A stretch of DNA of 63,643 nucleotides, counting the filler, from Globobulimina sp. (Eukaryota): assembly GCA_003354225.1 (NCBI GenBank). It is 23 parts of 23 records of this genome, joined end to end, with 100 filler letters (N's around TTAATTAATTAA, not from the genome) between each part and the next. Parts side by side here need not be neighbours in the genome. Positions count along the whole stretch, not along the records: positions 36,046 to 38,716 come from PIVH01005429.1; positions 38,817 to 41,486 come from PIVH01005430.1; positions 41,587 to 44,256 come from PIVH01005431.1; positions 44,357 to 47,026 come from PIVH01005432.1; positions 47,127 to 49,796 come from PIVH01005433.1; 18 more parts are not named here. The stretch is one strand, 5' to 3'. The notes beneath the pieces are model-generated. The model saw only the letters and a list, made by a program, of their open reading frames with translations. It made no database searches and was not told the origin of the DNA. The position numbers and the translations under genes were made by a program. This document shows positions 36,046 through 47,259 of the stretch, one piece after another (the stretch's first letter is position 1; every line of letters starts with the position of its first letter).

Positions 36046-36676
36046 CAATTACTTTATCAGCTCCATCATGTCCCAACATACTGTTCAATGCCTTGAAATC
36101 ATCCAAATCAATCAAATACAAACAATAAGCCGCAAAGTTCCCGTTAACCACAATTTCATTTAATAAGGATCGAAGTGCGGCAGCTCGAGGTAGCCCACAC
36201 AACAAATCCAAAGATAGTGAGGGATTGATGGTTAATACGCGATTGATTATATTTCTTTTTTTTTCGTCAAATTGCCACAGGTTACGCACTTTGGATGCAT
36301 TTTGTTGTCCGCATTTCAAACAATATAAATGTTTGAATTTATCTTTTCTATCATTTCCAATCAAACATGAATTGCAAACCATTCTTTTCCGAACCACTTT
36401 CCAGTCATCTTCACATATCACACATTTGTCAGATTTACGCCATCCACCATCGGTTAAGAAATGTCCACATCGACACATTCCATTTAATTTGATATATCGC
36501 TTATTTTCAAAATCAATTAACGATGATAATGTGCATGAAGTGCTTTCTTTGTTTTCTTGCCTTTTCTCATCAGCCATCATATTGTCTTGAAATTCACCCA
36601 TTAATTCCCATAAACAGTCGTCAATGTTTACTCCGTTGGTTCCAAGTGTTGATAGTGTTGAACGAAGCAATTCCAT
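36046..36676 (-). CDS. Cys-rich N-terminus plus GGDEF (diguanylate cyclase-like) domain, 3' partial
   Basis: DLLCGLPR..YLIDLDDFKALNSMLGHDGADKVI matches the GGDEF N-half consensus DxLTGLxNR..hDhDxFKxhNDxxGHxxGDxhh. Upstream are CxC, CxxC, CxxC and CxxC motifs. Confidence 0.82.
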
Positions 36677-36809
36677 TGGTTTTTAAGAAGGAGCTGACTG
36701 AGCTGGATGTTGATTGTGGCAAACGATGTTGTGTGAGACGACAGTATTAACTTTAACTGATATCTAACTATATACTTTGTTATATAAAGAAGTTTTTTTT
36801 TGTGGTATA

Positions 36810-38716
36810 ATGATACAAGCCACACGTACAGCAACCAGAAAAGGCAGACAGAAAAAGAAACAACAAGCACAATTGCAACAAGCACAATTACAACAGAATA
36901 ACCATCATAGCCATGGAGCATCCCTACCACGCAAATCCGTACGCTATCGCGGATACAATAGAGCCGGCAAGAAAAGTCAACCTAACTCACCATCGCCATA
37001 TCATCACAACCATTTTGCCAGCAAACGGAATAAACGCAAATCCGTAGTATTTCGGCCCACTCATCACGGCCAATCTGCAGTCGCCATGGTCGAACATTCA
37101 GTGTTTCAACAAATTAACAATCCGACACTTTCAGCACAGATAAAATATCAACAATATAAACACAAACGTAGACAATCCGTAACTGCGGCGAGGAAAAAAA
37201 AAGGAAAAGATATGATCCGAAAAACAGTCGCAATGAACGCCCACCAACACCAACAAATGTTAGCTATGGTTAAACAACAAACCCTGGAATCTCCCGAACC
37301 GACTCATATTCCCTCATCACCGCCGCCGCATATTCACAATGACGGATTGCCGCCACCTAACAATGACAGTTAATTACTACGCCGTCTTTATCCTCGCACA
37401 CAACCACAACAACGCAAAAAACATTGTTTGTATACATTATAGGTTGGATTGACAGGGCTAAATCGCACCGGATGGCTCCCCATAAAATCAACACAAACAT
37501 CGAGAACAAATCGCGTGTTGGCAGCTCAGCGGTGACGCCCATCAATAAAAATGCGTTCATGCGCAGCAAATCGAGCCGTGGGACTTCGATGGGCGACGCA
37601 TTGGGTCTCAGTAAGAAAGAATTGGATGAGTACAAATCGCAAATCACAAATAACGATAAGAGGAATAGTATGTCATTTATGTCCCAGCAAAGCCTTAATG
37701 TCCACAATCAAAATACGAGCAATATCCAAGCGAATCAACTGTTTACTACACCACATTCGGTGGCGAGTCGGCGGCAAAGTTTACTGCGACCGGTTACTAA
37801 TAATAATAATGCCGTTATCCAGATGATTTTGATGGTATTTCAATCGCTGCCATCGCAGCAAAAAAAAGAATTGATGCATTTAATGAGTTTGCAATTAATG
37901 CAGCAAAGTGTTCCCAACGTCGCTGCATTGGCACAACAACAGAACAAAAGCAATTTGCCGAAGGCCTTAAGCAACGCGACAAATAAGGCGAATTTCTTAG
38001 GTATTTGTATATAATGTTATTTTTTTACACTGTGTTTTAAATGTTTTGTATGCTACGTTTCTGACAATAAACACAGAACAACTTAAAGAACCGTTGAAAG
38101 AGTCTAAATCTATCCCAATCAAAGAGAGTCCGACGGCCGCCGCTGGCAATAAATCGACATTCTCGCAGGTTGCCCGCGTGCATACCGACAGAGGCTCGCG
38201 TTCAGCAAACACGACACCAAAACTGAGAGCACAGACTCCTTTATTAAAGGTGCGATACGAAAGTACGCCCAAATTGATGCTGGATAACGACCACGACGAA
38301 CTATGTGAGATTAAAGAGGCCGATTCAATGAATTTAGAGCTAGAGCACAATAATCAAAATAGCAGCAATCGCAATGTATCGTGGAAGCCGACCACAAATA
38401 TCAAACTACCAACGGGCACTCCACAAATAGGCGGTGCTCTAACTACCGTGCAATCTGAATATGACTTCGATAATGTTACCGATGACAATCCATTGACGCC
38501 CAAAAGTACGGCCTCTGAGGAAGACGAAGACAAAGAGAGCATGTACATTGATGCGCAATTATCGCATGACATCGATATTTATCATAACATTGACGCACAG
38601 TTATTAGCGCCGGACAAAAAGGCCAAGAGTTATAGCAAGAAAATGGTGCATTTTAAAGAGGAAACCGAGGAATTGACCCATACTGAAAGTGTCTCGAAAG
38701 ACGTCATGCAGAGCGC
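36810..38716 (+). CDS. Low-complexity hypothetical protein, 3 exons (introns 37369-37442, 38001-38076), 3' partial
   Basis: Two GT..AG introns join ORFs 36777, 37424 and 38046 in correct phase. Confidence 0.75.
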
Positions 38717-38816
38717 NNNNNNNNNNNNNNNNNNNNNNNNNNNNNNNNNNNNNNNNNNNNTTAATTAATTAANNNNNNNNNNNNNNNNNNNNNNNNNNNN
38801 NNNNNNNNNNNNNNNN

Positions 38817-41318
38817 CAACAATCAAATCAGAAAATAGAAGAAGAAGAGGAACAGGAAAAGAAAGAGGAAGAAGAAGAAGAACGGGCAAATCCGAAGGAA
38901 GAAGCTGATGTAGAACCAGAGTGTCAAGATGATGTAAAACAAAATGTGAATGATATTAATGTTGAAAATAAAGAGGGACAGCCTGTGCAGAATGAGAATG
39001 TTGACAAACAAGCACAGCAAACACAAGAAGAAGAGGAGAATGCAGAGATAGAAAAGGAGAATGAAGCGGAAATGAAGGATGTACAGCAAGCTATAAATGA
39101 GGAAGATAAACCGGCGGAAAATATGGAAACGGATAATATAAATAATATTGATACTGTGGATGAGAAGGATAATGCAGACAATATAAGCACTGTGAATGTA
39201 GACAATGCAGAGAATAAAGCAGAAGAAAAACAAAACGATGACGTAACTATGAATATTGATGAAAATGCAGAGAATAAACCAGAAGACACTGAGGAAACCA
39301 CTGCAGAAAATAAAGAGAAGGAAAGTGATGTTAACGTTGATGCAGAAATAGAGGCAAATGCAGAAAACAAACAGGAAGAAGATAAGAAAGAGGAAAATAA
39401 AAACGATGACATTGATATTTCAATGGAAAACCATGATAATATTGAAGCAGTGACAGAAATTACAGAGGTCAACAATGATAAAATGGAGCAAGATGCGCCA
39501 ATTAATGAGCAACAACAACAAGAACCAAAAGAAGAAGCTGAGCATCGAATATCTGATATATTTAATCATTGGAGCTTACGTAAATTATTTATTGAAGGAA
39601 GCAGATTGGCATTAAACAGCCAAGACATTGCAGAATGGGACGAAATAAGTTTAATATTTCATAAAGTCAACGAATTCGAACAAGTATCCATTGGACTATT
39701 AGCCGATGGCAATGTGGATTGTACAATGCTATTATCTGCGAATCAGCGCATACAAAACCAAGAAGACAATGTTGTAAATATAATTAAACACAGCATTGGC
39801 AATAAAATGAATGAGTACTTGCTTCAATGTTTAACTAAAACAATATTACAAATCGAGAAAGTAAGTGCGCGCATCAACGCATTCTTAGATTTTTATAATC
39901 AGAATTTCGTAAATGGATTGTTAACCCACTCAAATTTAGAGATATTAATGTCTGAATTAGATTTATTATCGCAATGCATCCGTCGGGACACCATCCCGTA
40001 TTTTAGCAATATTGAGGCCACCTCTTTGTATATGAATACTATCTTTGGCGCATTGGAACGGCTATTTATGGCACGGCCACATATGCATAAATGCGATTTG
40101 ATTGCATGGATAAACTTTTTGTTCATGCAATTTAATATAATGTATCGGAATGGCGGTGTTATCGAAATGGATAAATACCGCTCCAATAATATCAATAATT
40201 GTTATTGTTTTTGCCGATTCAATTATACGCAGCAAATGCGGGAACAGAATGAGGAGATCCCGGACATGATTGGCTGCGATGAATGTTGCGAATGGTACCA
40301 TGCTGAATGCATAATGTTGGACGAAAAACAAATGAAAAAGTTTTTAAACACCAAAAAACAGAGATTTTTATGTCCGCGATGCTGTTATTATGAATATAAT
40401 GATACTTATAAATTTTTCCCGTCGTTGCATTGGAATGGCGAGTTAGTGAAATTGGCAGATTTAGAAGATTTATTAGGAAATAATATCCCGCAAAATGTGA
40501 TAGTTTGTAATTGCGACGTTATTGCGGCAATAAATAGGTTAGTTTCATGGGTCAAAATGTGGCAAAAAGATGTGAATAATTTTCTGGATTTAATCTGTGC
40601 GAAACATCAAATATTGTCAGATTTTAATGACGAGGAAATATTTATTGTTGAATATTTGTTGAATTGTGGCCAAATGAGTGGTATTTATACATTGGAACTA
40701 TTGACATTGAAAATATTGATGCGATTTATTGGCAAATCGACCGTTTGGAATAACCACGAAGGAGTTCGGCAGTTAAATTTGGATGAAATACCGATCTGTG
40801 ATATTGAAAATAAATTATTACCAAAATATAAAAATAAATCCAAATTATTGACGGATTTTATGAGGTCGATATGTGAGGATATCAAGAATAGTAAAATAAT
40901 ATTACATGAGTTGTATATTGATTTGTATTTAATAAAATCGATTGGCATTCATTATACAACACATATGAGGCGGAAAAAAAAAGGACCGTTAAGAGTGAAA
41001 TTGATATTGCAAAGATTACAAAGTACAGCAAATAATGAATTAAATCAATGTATAAAGTTAAAAGCTGATAAAGTTGCGTTAGAACAGGAAGGTGACCAAT
41101 ATGTAAATGCGCAATTTGAAGAAGATAATCGATGGTTAAAATATGTGAATGATTCAATTTCAATGAAAAAATGTGATAAAACACATTTTCAACAAAAATG
41201 GGTGCAACGATTAAATTTGTATAAAGATAACTTGTTAAATAAATATAAAGCATCAAGATTGCAAATCCAGTCAATTGTTCTCACCATTGATTTATTGCAG
41301 AAATTAATGGAAGGATAA
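38817..41318 (+). CDS. PHD-finger protein with an acidic N-terminal region, 5' partial
   Basis: YCFCR..MIGCDECCEWYHAECI..FLCPRC; the frame is open from the contig start. Confidence 0.85.
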   Translation, partial: QQSNQKIEEEEEQEKKEEEEEERANPKEEADVEPECQDDVKQNVNDINVENKEGQPVQNENVDKQAQQTQEEEENAEIEKENEAEMKDVQQAINEEDKPAENMETDNINNIDTVDEKDNADNISTVNVDNAENKAEEKQNDDVTMNIDENAENKPEDTEETTAENKEKESDVNVDAEIEANAENKQEEDKKEENKNDDIDISMENHDNIEAVTEITEVNNDKMEQDAPINEQQQQEPKEEAEHRISDIFNHWSLRKLFIEGSRLALNSQDIAEWDEISLIFHKVNEFEQVSIGLLADGNVDCTMLLSANQRIQNQEDNVVNIIKHSIGNKMNEYLLQCLTKTILQIEKVSARINAFLDFYNQNFVNGLLTHSNLEILMSELDLLSQCIRRDTIPYFSNIEATSLYMNTIFGALERLFMARPHMHKCDLIAWINFLFMQFNIMYRNGGVIEMDKYRSNNINNCYCFCRFNYTQQMREQNEEIPDMIGCDECCEWYHAECIMLDEKQMKKFLNTKKQRFLCPRCCYYEYNDTYKFFPSLHWNGELVKLADLEDLLGNNIPQNVIVCNCDVIAAINRLVSWVKMWQKDVNNFLDLICAKHQILSDFNDEEIFIVEYLLNCGQMSGIYTLELLTLKILMRFIGKSTVWNNHEGVRQLNLDEIPICDIENKLLPKYKNKSKLLTDFMRSICEDIKNSKIILHELYIDLYLIKSIGIHYTTHMRRKKKGPLRVKLILQRLQSTANNELNQCIKLKADKVALEQEGDQYVNAQFEEDNRWLKYVNDSISMKKCDKTHFQQKWVQRLNLYKDNLLNKYKASRLQIQSIVLTIDLLQKLMEG

Positions 41319-41588
41319 ATTAAATAAAATTAGAATTGTTTAAATTTATAATAAATAAGTCGTTATAATATCTATTGACAATTTCAATTATTTCACATTT
41401 CTTTGTTATTTTTTGTAAATTAATTATATTTTGTATTTGCTTGGTTTTATGGTATTGATTTTCTTTAATAGCCACACATTGCGATCNNNNNNNNNNNNNN
41501 NNNNNNNNNNNNNNNNNNNNNNNNNNNNNNTTAATTAATTAANNNNNNNNNNNNNNNNNNNNNNNNNNNNNNNNNNNNNNNNNNNNCA

Positions 41589-44213
41589 ACAATTTGGGAA
41601 TTAGCAGAAGAAAATGGAAATGTCATAACAAAATTTAGTGAAGTACAGAATACAATTGAAACATACCATAGAAGCTTATATAGAGCTACAAATAATAATA
41701 GAGATGTACAAACAAAAGAAACATTTCTGAATCATGGAGAAATACCAAGCATTACAGCCAGTCAACGGGAAACATTGGAACAACCTATAAGGGCTATGGA
41801 ATTAAAAGGAGCATTGATGAGCATGAAAGATAATAAAACGCCTGGGAGTGATTCCATTCCCGCCGAATTTTACAAATATTTCTGGCCTGAACTTGAAAAT
41901 AAAATGCTTGAATTATTTCATGAAATAAAAAGACAAGGAAAATTAACACAGACACAAATGAGAGGAATAATAAAATTATTGCCAAAAGGAGATAAACCTA
42001 GGAGATTTTTGTCAAACTGGCGCCCAATATCGCTATTAAATGTTGATTTAAAGATTTTATCAAAAGCTCTAGCTAACAGAATAAAACCTGTATTGATAGA
42101 CTTGGTACATGAAGATCAATGTGGTTTTGTCAAAGGTCGTTACATAGGTGAAAATATTAGAATGCTGTTTGATATTCTAGAATATATGGATGAGGAAAAT
42201 AAACCTGGAATTCTTATAGCAGTAGATATTCAAAAAGCATTTGATAAAGTCGATCGCAATTTCATGTTTGAAGTGTTAGAAAAATTTGGTTTTCCCAAGG
42301 AATGGGTCGAATGGGTTAAAATTATGTACACGGATGCTAAATCAGCCGTTATGAATCATGGTCATTTAACTGGGGAATTTGAATTAGAATCAGGCGTAAG
42401 ACAAGGTGACCCATTAAGCCCATACCTATTTATACTAGTAATGGAAATTCTGGCAATTTCAATCAGAAAAGATGAACAAATAAAAGGAATCGAAGTAGCA
42501 GGCTTCAAATATAAAATATCATTGTTTGCTGATGACACTACATTAACGCTGTTGGACGATGAGTCTGTGCAAAGAGCACATGAATTGGTTGAACAATTTG
42601 GTACTATCTCTGGTTTACATGTAAATCAGACAAAAACGGAATGCATGGGACTCGGTCGTTTGAAAAATCGTCAAGGTTCATGCGGTCCATTCAAAATTGG
42701 TCCAAAGGAAATTAAAATATTAGGAATTTTTTTCTCATATAACGAACAAATAATGCGTCAACGGAATATTGGAGACAAAATTGCAAAAATGTCACAAGTA
42801 TTGTCAAAATGGATGGCAAAAGGTCTAACTATAGAAGGTAGAATAAATGTTGCAAAAACTCTTGGATTGTCACAAATGGTTTATCCCATGACAGTTATGA
42901 ATTTATCAAATCACGAAAAAAAGCAAATTGAACGTTGCCTTTACAAATTTATATGGAAAGAGGGAACACCTAAAGTAAAAATGAAAGTACTCATACAGGA
43001 TTACTCAAAAGGAGGCCTGAAAGCACCTATGGTGCAGGTCAGTGATGCAGCCTTTAAACTAAAATGGGGACAAAGATTAGTAAATGCAAAAGTGCGGAAA
43101 TGGAAAGGAATCGGACTAAGAAACCTGGAAAGACTAGGTGGAATAGATTATATCTTAACATGTAACTATAATTTCAATGAAGTGAAAAACTTAATGAATA
43201 ACTTTTATGGACAAGTACTAAAGGTATACTCGGACTACTGGAAAAACGTACTATTTAAGGATGAAACACAGCCAATTTTAACTCAGAAAATATTGAACAA
43301 CACCAAAATAAAAAAAGGGCAGCCTAAGCGAATGTACTATAACCCTATACTCAAGGAAGCGGGTATTGAGACTGTATCAGATTTGGTTGCCGAAAATGGG
43401 ACACTCTGTAACTTTGAGGAATTTCAGATACAATACCCGCATGTACCAATGGATAAAAAGCAATGGCGAAGTATTTTGACATCTGTACCACTAGTGTGGA
43501 GAAGAGAAATCACAGATAATTGGCAAGAGCTTGTCCAACAACGAGATAGATATAACATTGAATTCCATAACCCCTTGAAAATGAATGTATCTAACTACAA
43601 AAAACACTTACTCGAAAAATTAGAGGCTAAACCTGCAGCACTTCTAAAATGGAGGGAAAGATTTTGGGTAGATGAGGATATATTTACCAATGCATTGGTG
43701 TCACTCAGAAGAGTCACAAAAGACACTAGAATGCGGAACTTTCAATATCGAGTGATACATAGAATTGTTCCGACAAAATATTACCTATATTTGAGGAGAA
43801 TAGTAGATAGTCCATTATGCACTCAATGCAACCTTGAATCAAAAGATACTGTAGAACACATGTTATACTATTGTCCATTAGCTAAGAGGGCATGGCTGTT
43901 TCATGACCGACTTGTAAATGAAGTAAATGGTATTAACTTGGAAACAGATTTAATTACTGCATTATTAGGTGACCATATGCGGAGAGTAGATGTAGACAAT
44001 CGTGTATGTTATCTATTAGGTATTTATACTAAAATGTTCATTTATACACTAGCTAGGCAAGAAATAAGAGAAATTTCAGAGGCAAGTTATAGAAAGTTTA
44101 TCGAAACTAAATTAAAGGTAGCTCTTTATGCAAGTACCATGTTAAAACAAAAGAAAAAGTTTATTGATCAATGGAGATTATATATACAATTTTTAAACAT
44201 AAGAATGCAATAA
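41589..44213 (+). mobile_element. Non-LTR retrotransposon ORF2 (L1/Tx1 clade): RT plus C-terminal zinc finger, 5' partial
   Basis: KTPGSDSIPAEFY, NWRPISLLNVDLKILSKALANR, GVRQGDPLSPYLF, LFADDT, CTQC..DTVEHMLYYCP; uninterrupted ORF. Confidence 0.95.
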
Positions 44214-44357
44214 TACTGGAAAACCCCCAACATCATCACAAGAGTTATAATTAATANNNNNNNNNNNNNNNNNNNNNNNNNNNNNNNNNNNNNNNNNNNN
44301 TTAATTAATTAANNNNNNNNNNNNNNNNNNNNNNNNNNNNNNNNNNNNNNNNNNNNT

Positions 44358-45563
44358 TTTCCATCGCGCAGCATTTCCAACAATAAAATGGTTGCAAACA
44401 ACCCCATTTCTATTGGGATTGAAGCGATTTGCAACCACACACAAAATAAGTCGGATAACGAGACCTTATTTTTCATCAAAATGCGTGTCAGACACAATCC
44501 GTATTATTTATGGAGTAATTATTCGTCGACTTACAAGCGCAAAGCGGCCAATTTTTTAGTCATTGCCGAAAAGCAAACAATTTGCTTGAAGCTGGCGCAA
44601 AAAAAACGGAAACGTGGCTACCGACGCAAGTCCTACGCGTCCGGCTCATTAAACTCAGCCAACAATTCGTTAAATGGCACCAATTCCCACCGCAGGCAGT
44701 CGAGTGTAGACTTGAGTGATATTTGCGACAATGCAGATTATTACCATCAATATTACACTTTCGACAACGTATTCATTCACGAAAATGGCTGTCTAACCAT
44801 CGACACAAACGTCAATCCTAGCACACAGAGCCATGATTCTTTGCAAAGTCCCACTGAAAAACTCAAAGGTTACTTACACATTGTCATCCATCGCGATTTA
44901 GTCATTTCTCGTGGCGGCAAAATCACAGTCTCCGGCTTAGGCTATGCCGGCGGTACAAGATATACCTCCGGCGACTCTGTGAACTCCTTTGGTGAGTTGG
45001 GAGAAACCGGCAAGAATAAAGGAGGTGGCGGTGGCTCTAAAACGTACGAGTTGGGCTGTGGCGGTGGCGGAAGCTACGGTGGTTTGGGTGAGTGTGGTTG
45101 CAGCGGCAAAGGATTTGGATTTTCAATGCATAATAAGACGAAGTACAGAAAGGACATCGATGGGGAAGGTGGCTGTTGTTATGGCGATGGTGTGCTGTCA
45201 GTGTGTCATTTTGGTTCGGGTGGAGGTGGCGGGGACTATGGAGACAGCAAAGGAGGGAATGGCGGCGGTATTGTGATTATTGAGTGTAAAGGGAAACTTG
45301 TGATGGCTGAGTCGAGCGAGATATGTGCCAATGGGGAGAGAGGCAAATACGATTCGGACGGCTGTGGGTCGGGCGGCAGTGTGTTTGTGAAATGTGGTTC
45401 TTTGAGTATGAAAGGTTCGGCGAAGATTGAGGCGATTGGAGGGAAGAACGGGTTGCGAGGCCATGGAGGCAATGGTGGATGTGGACGGATTCGGATTAAG
45501 TGCAGTGATAAAAGTGTGCAGTTCAATAAGTATCAGGTTGTGCCACGGCCTCATCTTGGATGA
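44358..45563 (+). CDS. Protein with a C-terminal glycine-rich domain, probably 5' partial
   Basis: GKITVSGLGYAGG..GGGGSYG..FGSGGG..GNGGGIVII..ICANG..GSGGSVFV..GGCGRIRI. Confidence 0.75.
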   Translation, partial: FPSRSISNNKMVANNPISIGIEAICNHTQNKSDNETLFFIKMRVRHNPYYLWSNYSSTYKRKAANFLVIAEKQTICLKLAQKKRKRGYRRKSYASGSLNSANNSLNGTNSHRRQSSVDLSDICDNADYYHQYYTFDNVFIHENGCLTIDTNVNPSTQSHDSLQSPTEKLKGYLHIVIHRDLVISRGGKITVSGLGYAGGTRYTSGDSVNSFGELGETGKNKGGGGGSKTYELGCGGGGSYGGLGECGCSGKGFGFSMHNKTKYRKDIDGEGGCCYGDGVLSVCHFGSGGGGGDYGDSKGGNGGGIVIIECKGKLVMAESSEICANGERGKYDSDGCGSGGSVFVKCGSLSMKGSAKIEAIGGKNGLRGHGGNGGCGRIRIKCSDKSVQFNKYQVVPRPHLG

Positions 45564-45677
45564 GTATATATTTATTGTATAAATGTTATTGTTTTAGTAT
45601 GAGCGTTTGTTTTGAATAAATTGATTGTTATACTTACACTTGACCAGAAAAAACATTTTATTTTCTGTGTACTAGTC

Positions 45678-46401
45678 ATGTCAATTTGGAGAATAGCAGT
45701 AAAGCTACAAAGGACCACAAAACACAGAATAGTTGGTAGAAGACTAAGAAGAGCAATATCTACAACTAATAGTAGAATTGGCTATGTTCCTGGTGTATTT
45801 TTAAATCATTTTCGCAATGTTTTGGTAAAGCAACCAGGTATATACACGCACATTTGTATTATGAGCAACACTCTATATTTGTTTCATGAAAACGATATAA
45901 AATATTTGTATGTAAATAGGTTCTCCGTTTTTCAATTCGAAATCGTGGATTGATGACAATAATTTTTGGGTTCCTACGGTTGCACATCACGTATTAATAT
46001 GTGGTGGCGATGGCGAATTATCTGAAAAAGAAAGGAATGCTATAATTGAACATAAGATATTATTTGGAGTGGATCAAAGACAAATTGATGAAGGATTTAA
46101 ATCGGCGGAGGAAATTAAGAATGATACAGAAAAACTGGACGAATGGTGTGTTGAACAAATGAAAGTTATGGAAAATAATCCAAATGTGAATATGGCAATT
46201 AACTGTGTTGCCAGTTCAATTCATTTTGCTTCAGTCGATGGTTTACATCCCGATGAATTGCAAAAAGCAAAGGAAATTGCATTGAAACAAGGCATTGATA
46301 GGGAATTGTTTGATAAATTAGTAAAAGTATTTGATGATGAAAAGAGATTATATGACGATATCTATCAAGTGTTGATCGATTCCAATCAGTTCAAAAAATA
46401 A
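45678..46401 (+). CDS. TerB-like helical domain protein with a putative mitochondrial presequence (intron 45838-45919)
   Basis: Arg-rich N-terminus; the spliced frame gives ICGGDGELSEKERNAI and FASVDGLHPDELQKAKEIALKQGI, the paired DG..E motifs of TerB. Confidence 0.65.
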
Positions 46402-46865
46402 TTCATAATCACATATGGCAAGAATTTTCAGAGCCATGCAATAAATCTAAAACAAGGTTGAACGTACAACTGAAACAATATACTGCACATACTCGCAAGT
46501 CTACAAATACTGTTTCCATTTGACCCTATATTGTTTCTATCTGACAGTGTAGCGTTGTCATATGACCGTATATTGTTTCTATTTGTCCATATTGTGTTTG
46601 CAAATCAATATGGTATTCACAGCACAATTGGTACAAAGACAGACGCTCTACTTTAAGGTTTGCCGTACGTATTTCTGGTTTCTTGCCATATTTTTTATTG
46701 AACAGACATTTTTAGTTTTTTTACATTTTTAGTTTTTTATAAATACACATCTTATAAATACACATATTTAAATAGAATTGTGTCAGAGTGAACCCGCATT
46801 GCACCTTATGAGTCTCTGAAAAGTGCAAGCTTAAAAAATCTAACATTTAAAATTAATAAAACATC

Positions 46866-47026
46866 ATGGTAGGCACTTCAGATTTAATTGAAAAAGTGCC
46901 AACAACAGATGCGTGGTTATGGTTAGTATTCAGTTCGTGTGTGGCCGTATTTATAACAACCCCAATATTTTTATACATACTGATATGTGTAGCGAGAAAA
47001 AATAGAGACGCTTCACCTTGGATATT
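46866..47026 (+). CDS. N-terminus of a membrane protein, 3' partial
   Basis: ATG followed by one TM helix, open to the contig end. Confidence 0.5.
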
Positions 47027-47259
47027 NNNNNNNNNNNNNNNNNNNNNNNNNNNNNNNNNNNNNNNNNNNNTTAATTAATTAANNNNNNNNNNNNNNNNNN
47101 NNNNNNNNNNNNNNNNNNNNNNNNNNGTTACAATACATTCCATATGCAATGTTTCAAAAAATGAAATGTTTTTATGATATATATCCAAGAATACAGCACA
47201 TGAATAAGCTAGAAAAAGAGTATTCTGAATCTATGACTATGTTTTCATATATAATTCGC

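Noticed and set aside
38823-39475. Hydrophobic minus-strand ORFs that look like membrane proteins
   Set aside because: They are antisense shadows of the Glu/Asn-rich region of the PHD protein; the same applies to most short overlapping ORFs in the track.
30503-44256. Apparent cluster of phage tail, GGDEF and reverse transcriptase genes as one system (e.g. retron, DGR or defence island)
   Set aside because: They lie on separate contigs joined by length order. The RT is a eukaryotic L1/Tx1 type and no template/variable repeat pair was seen.
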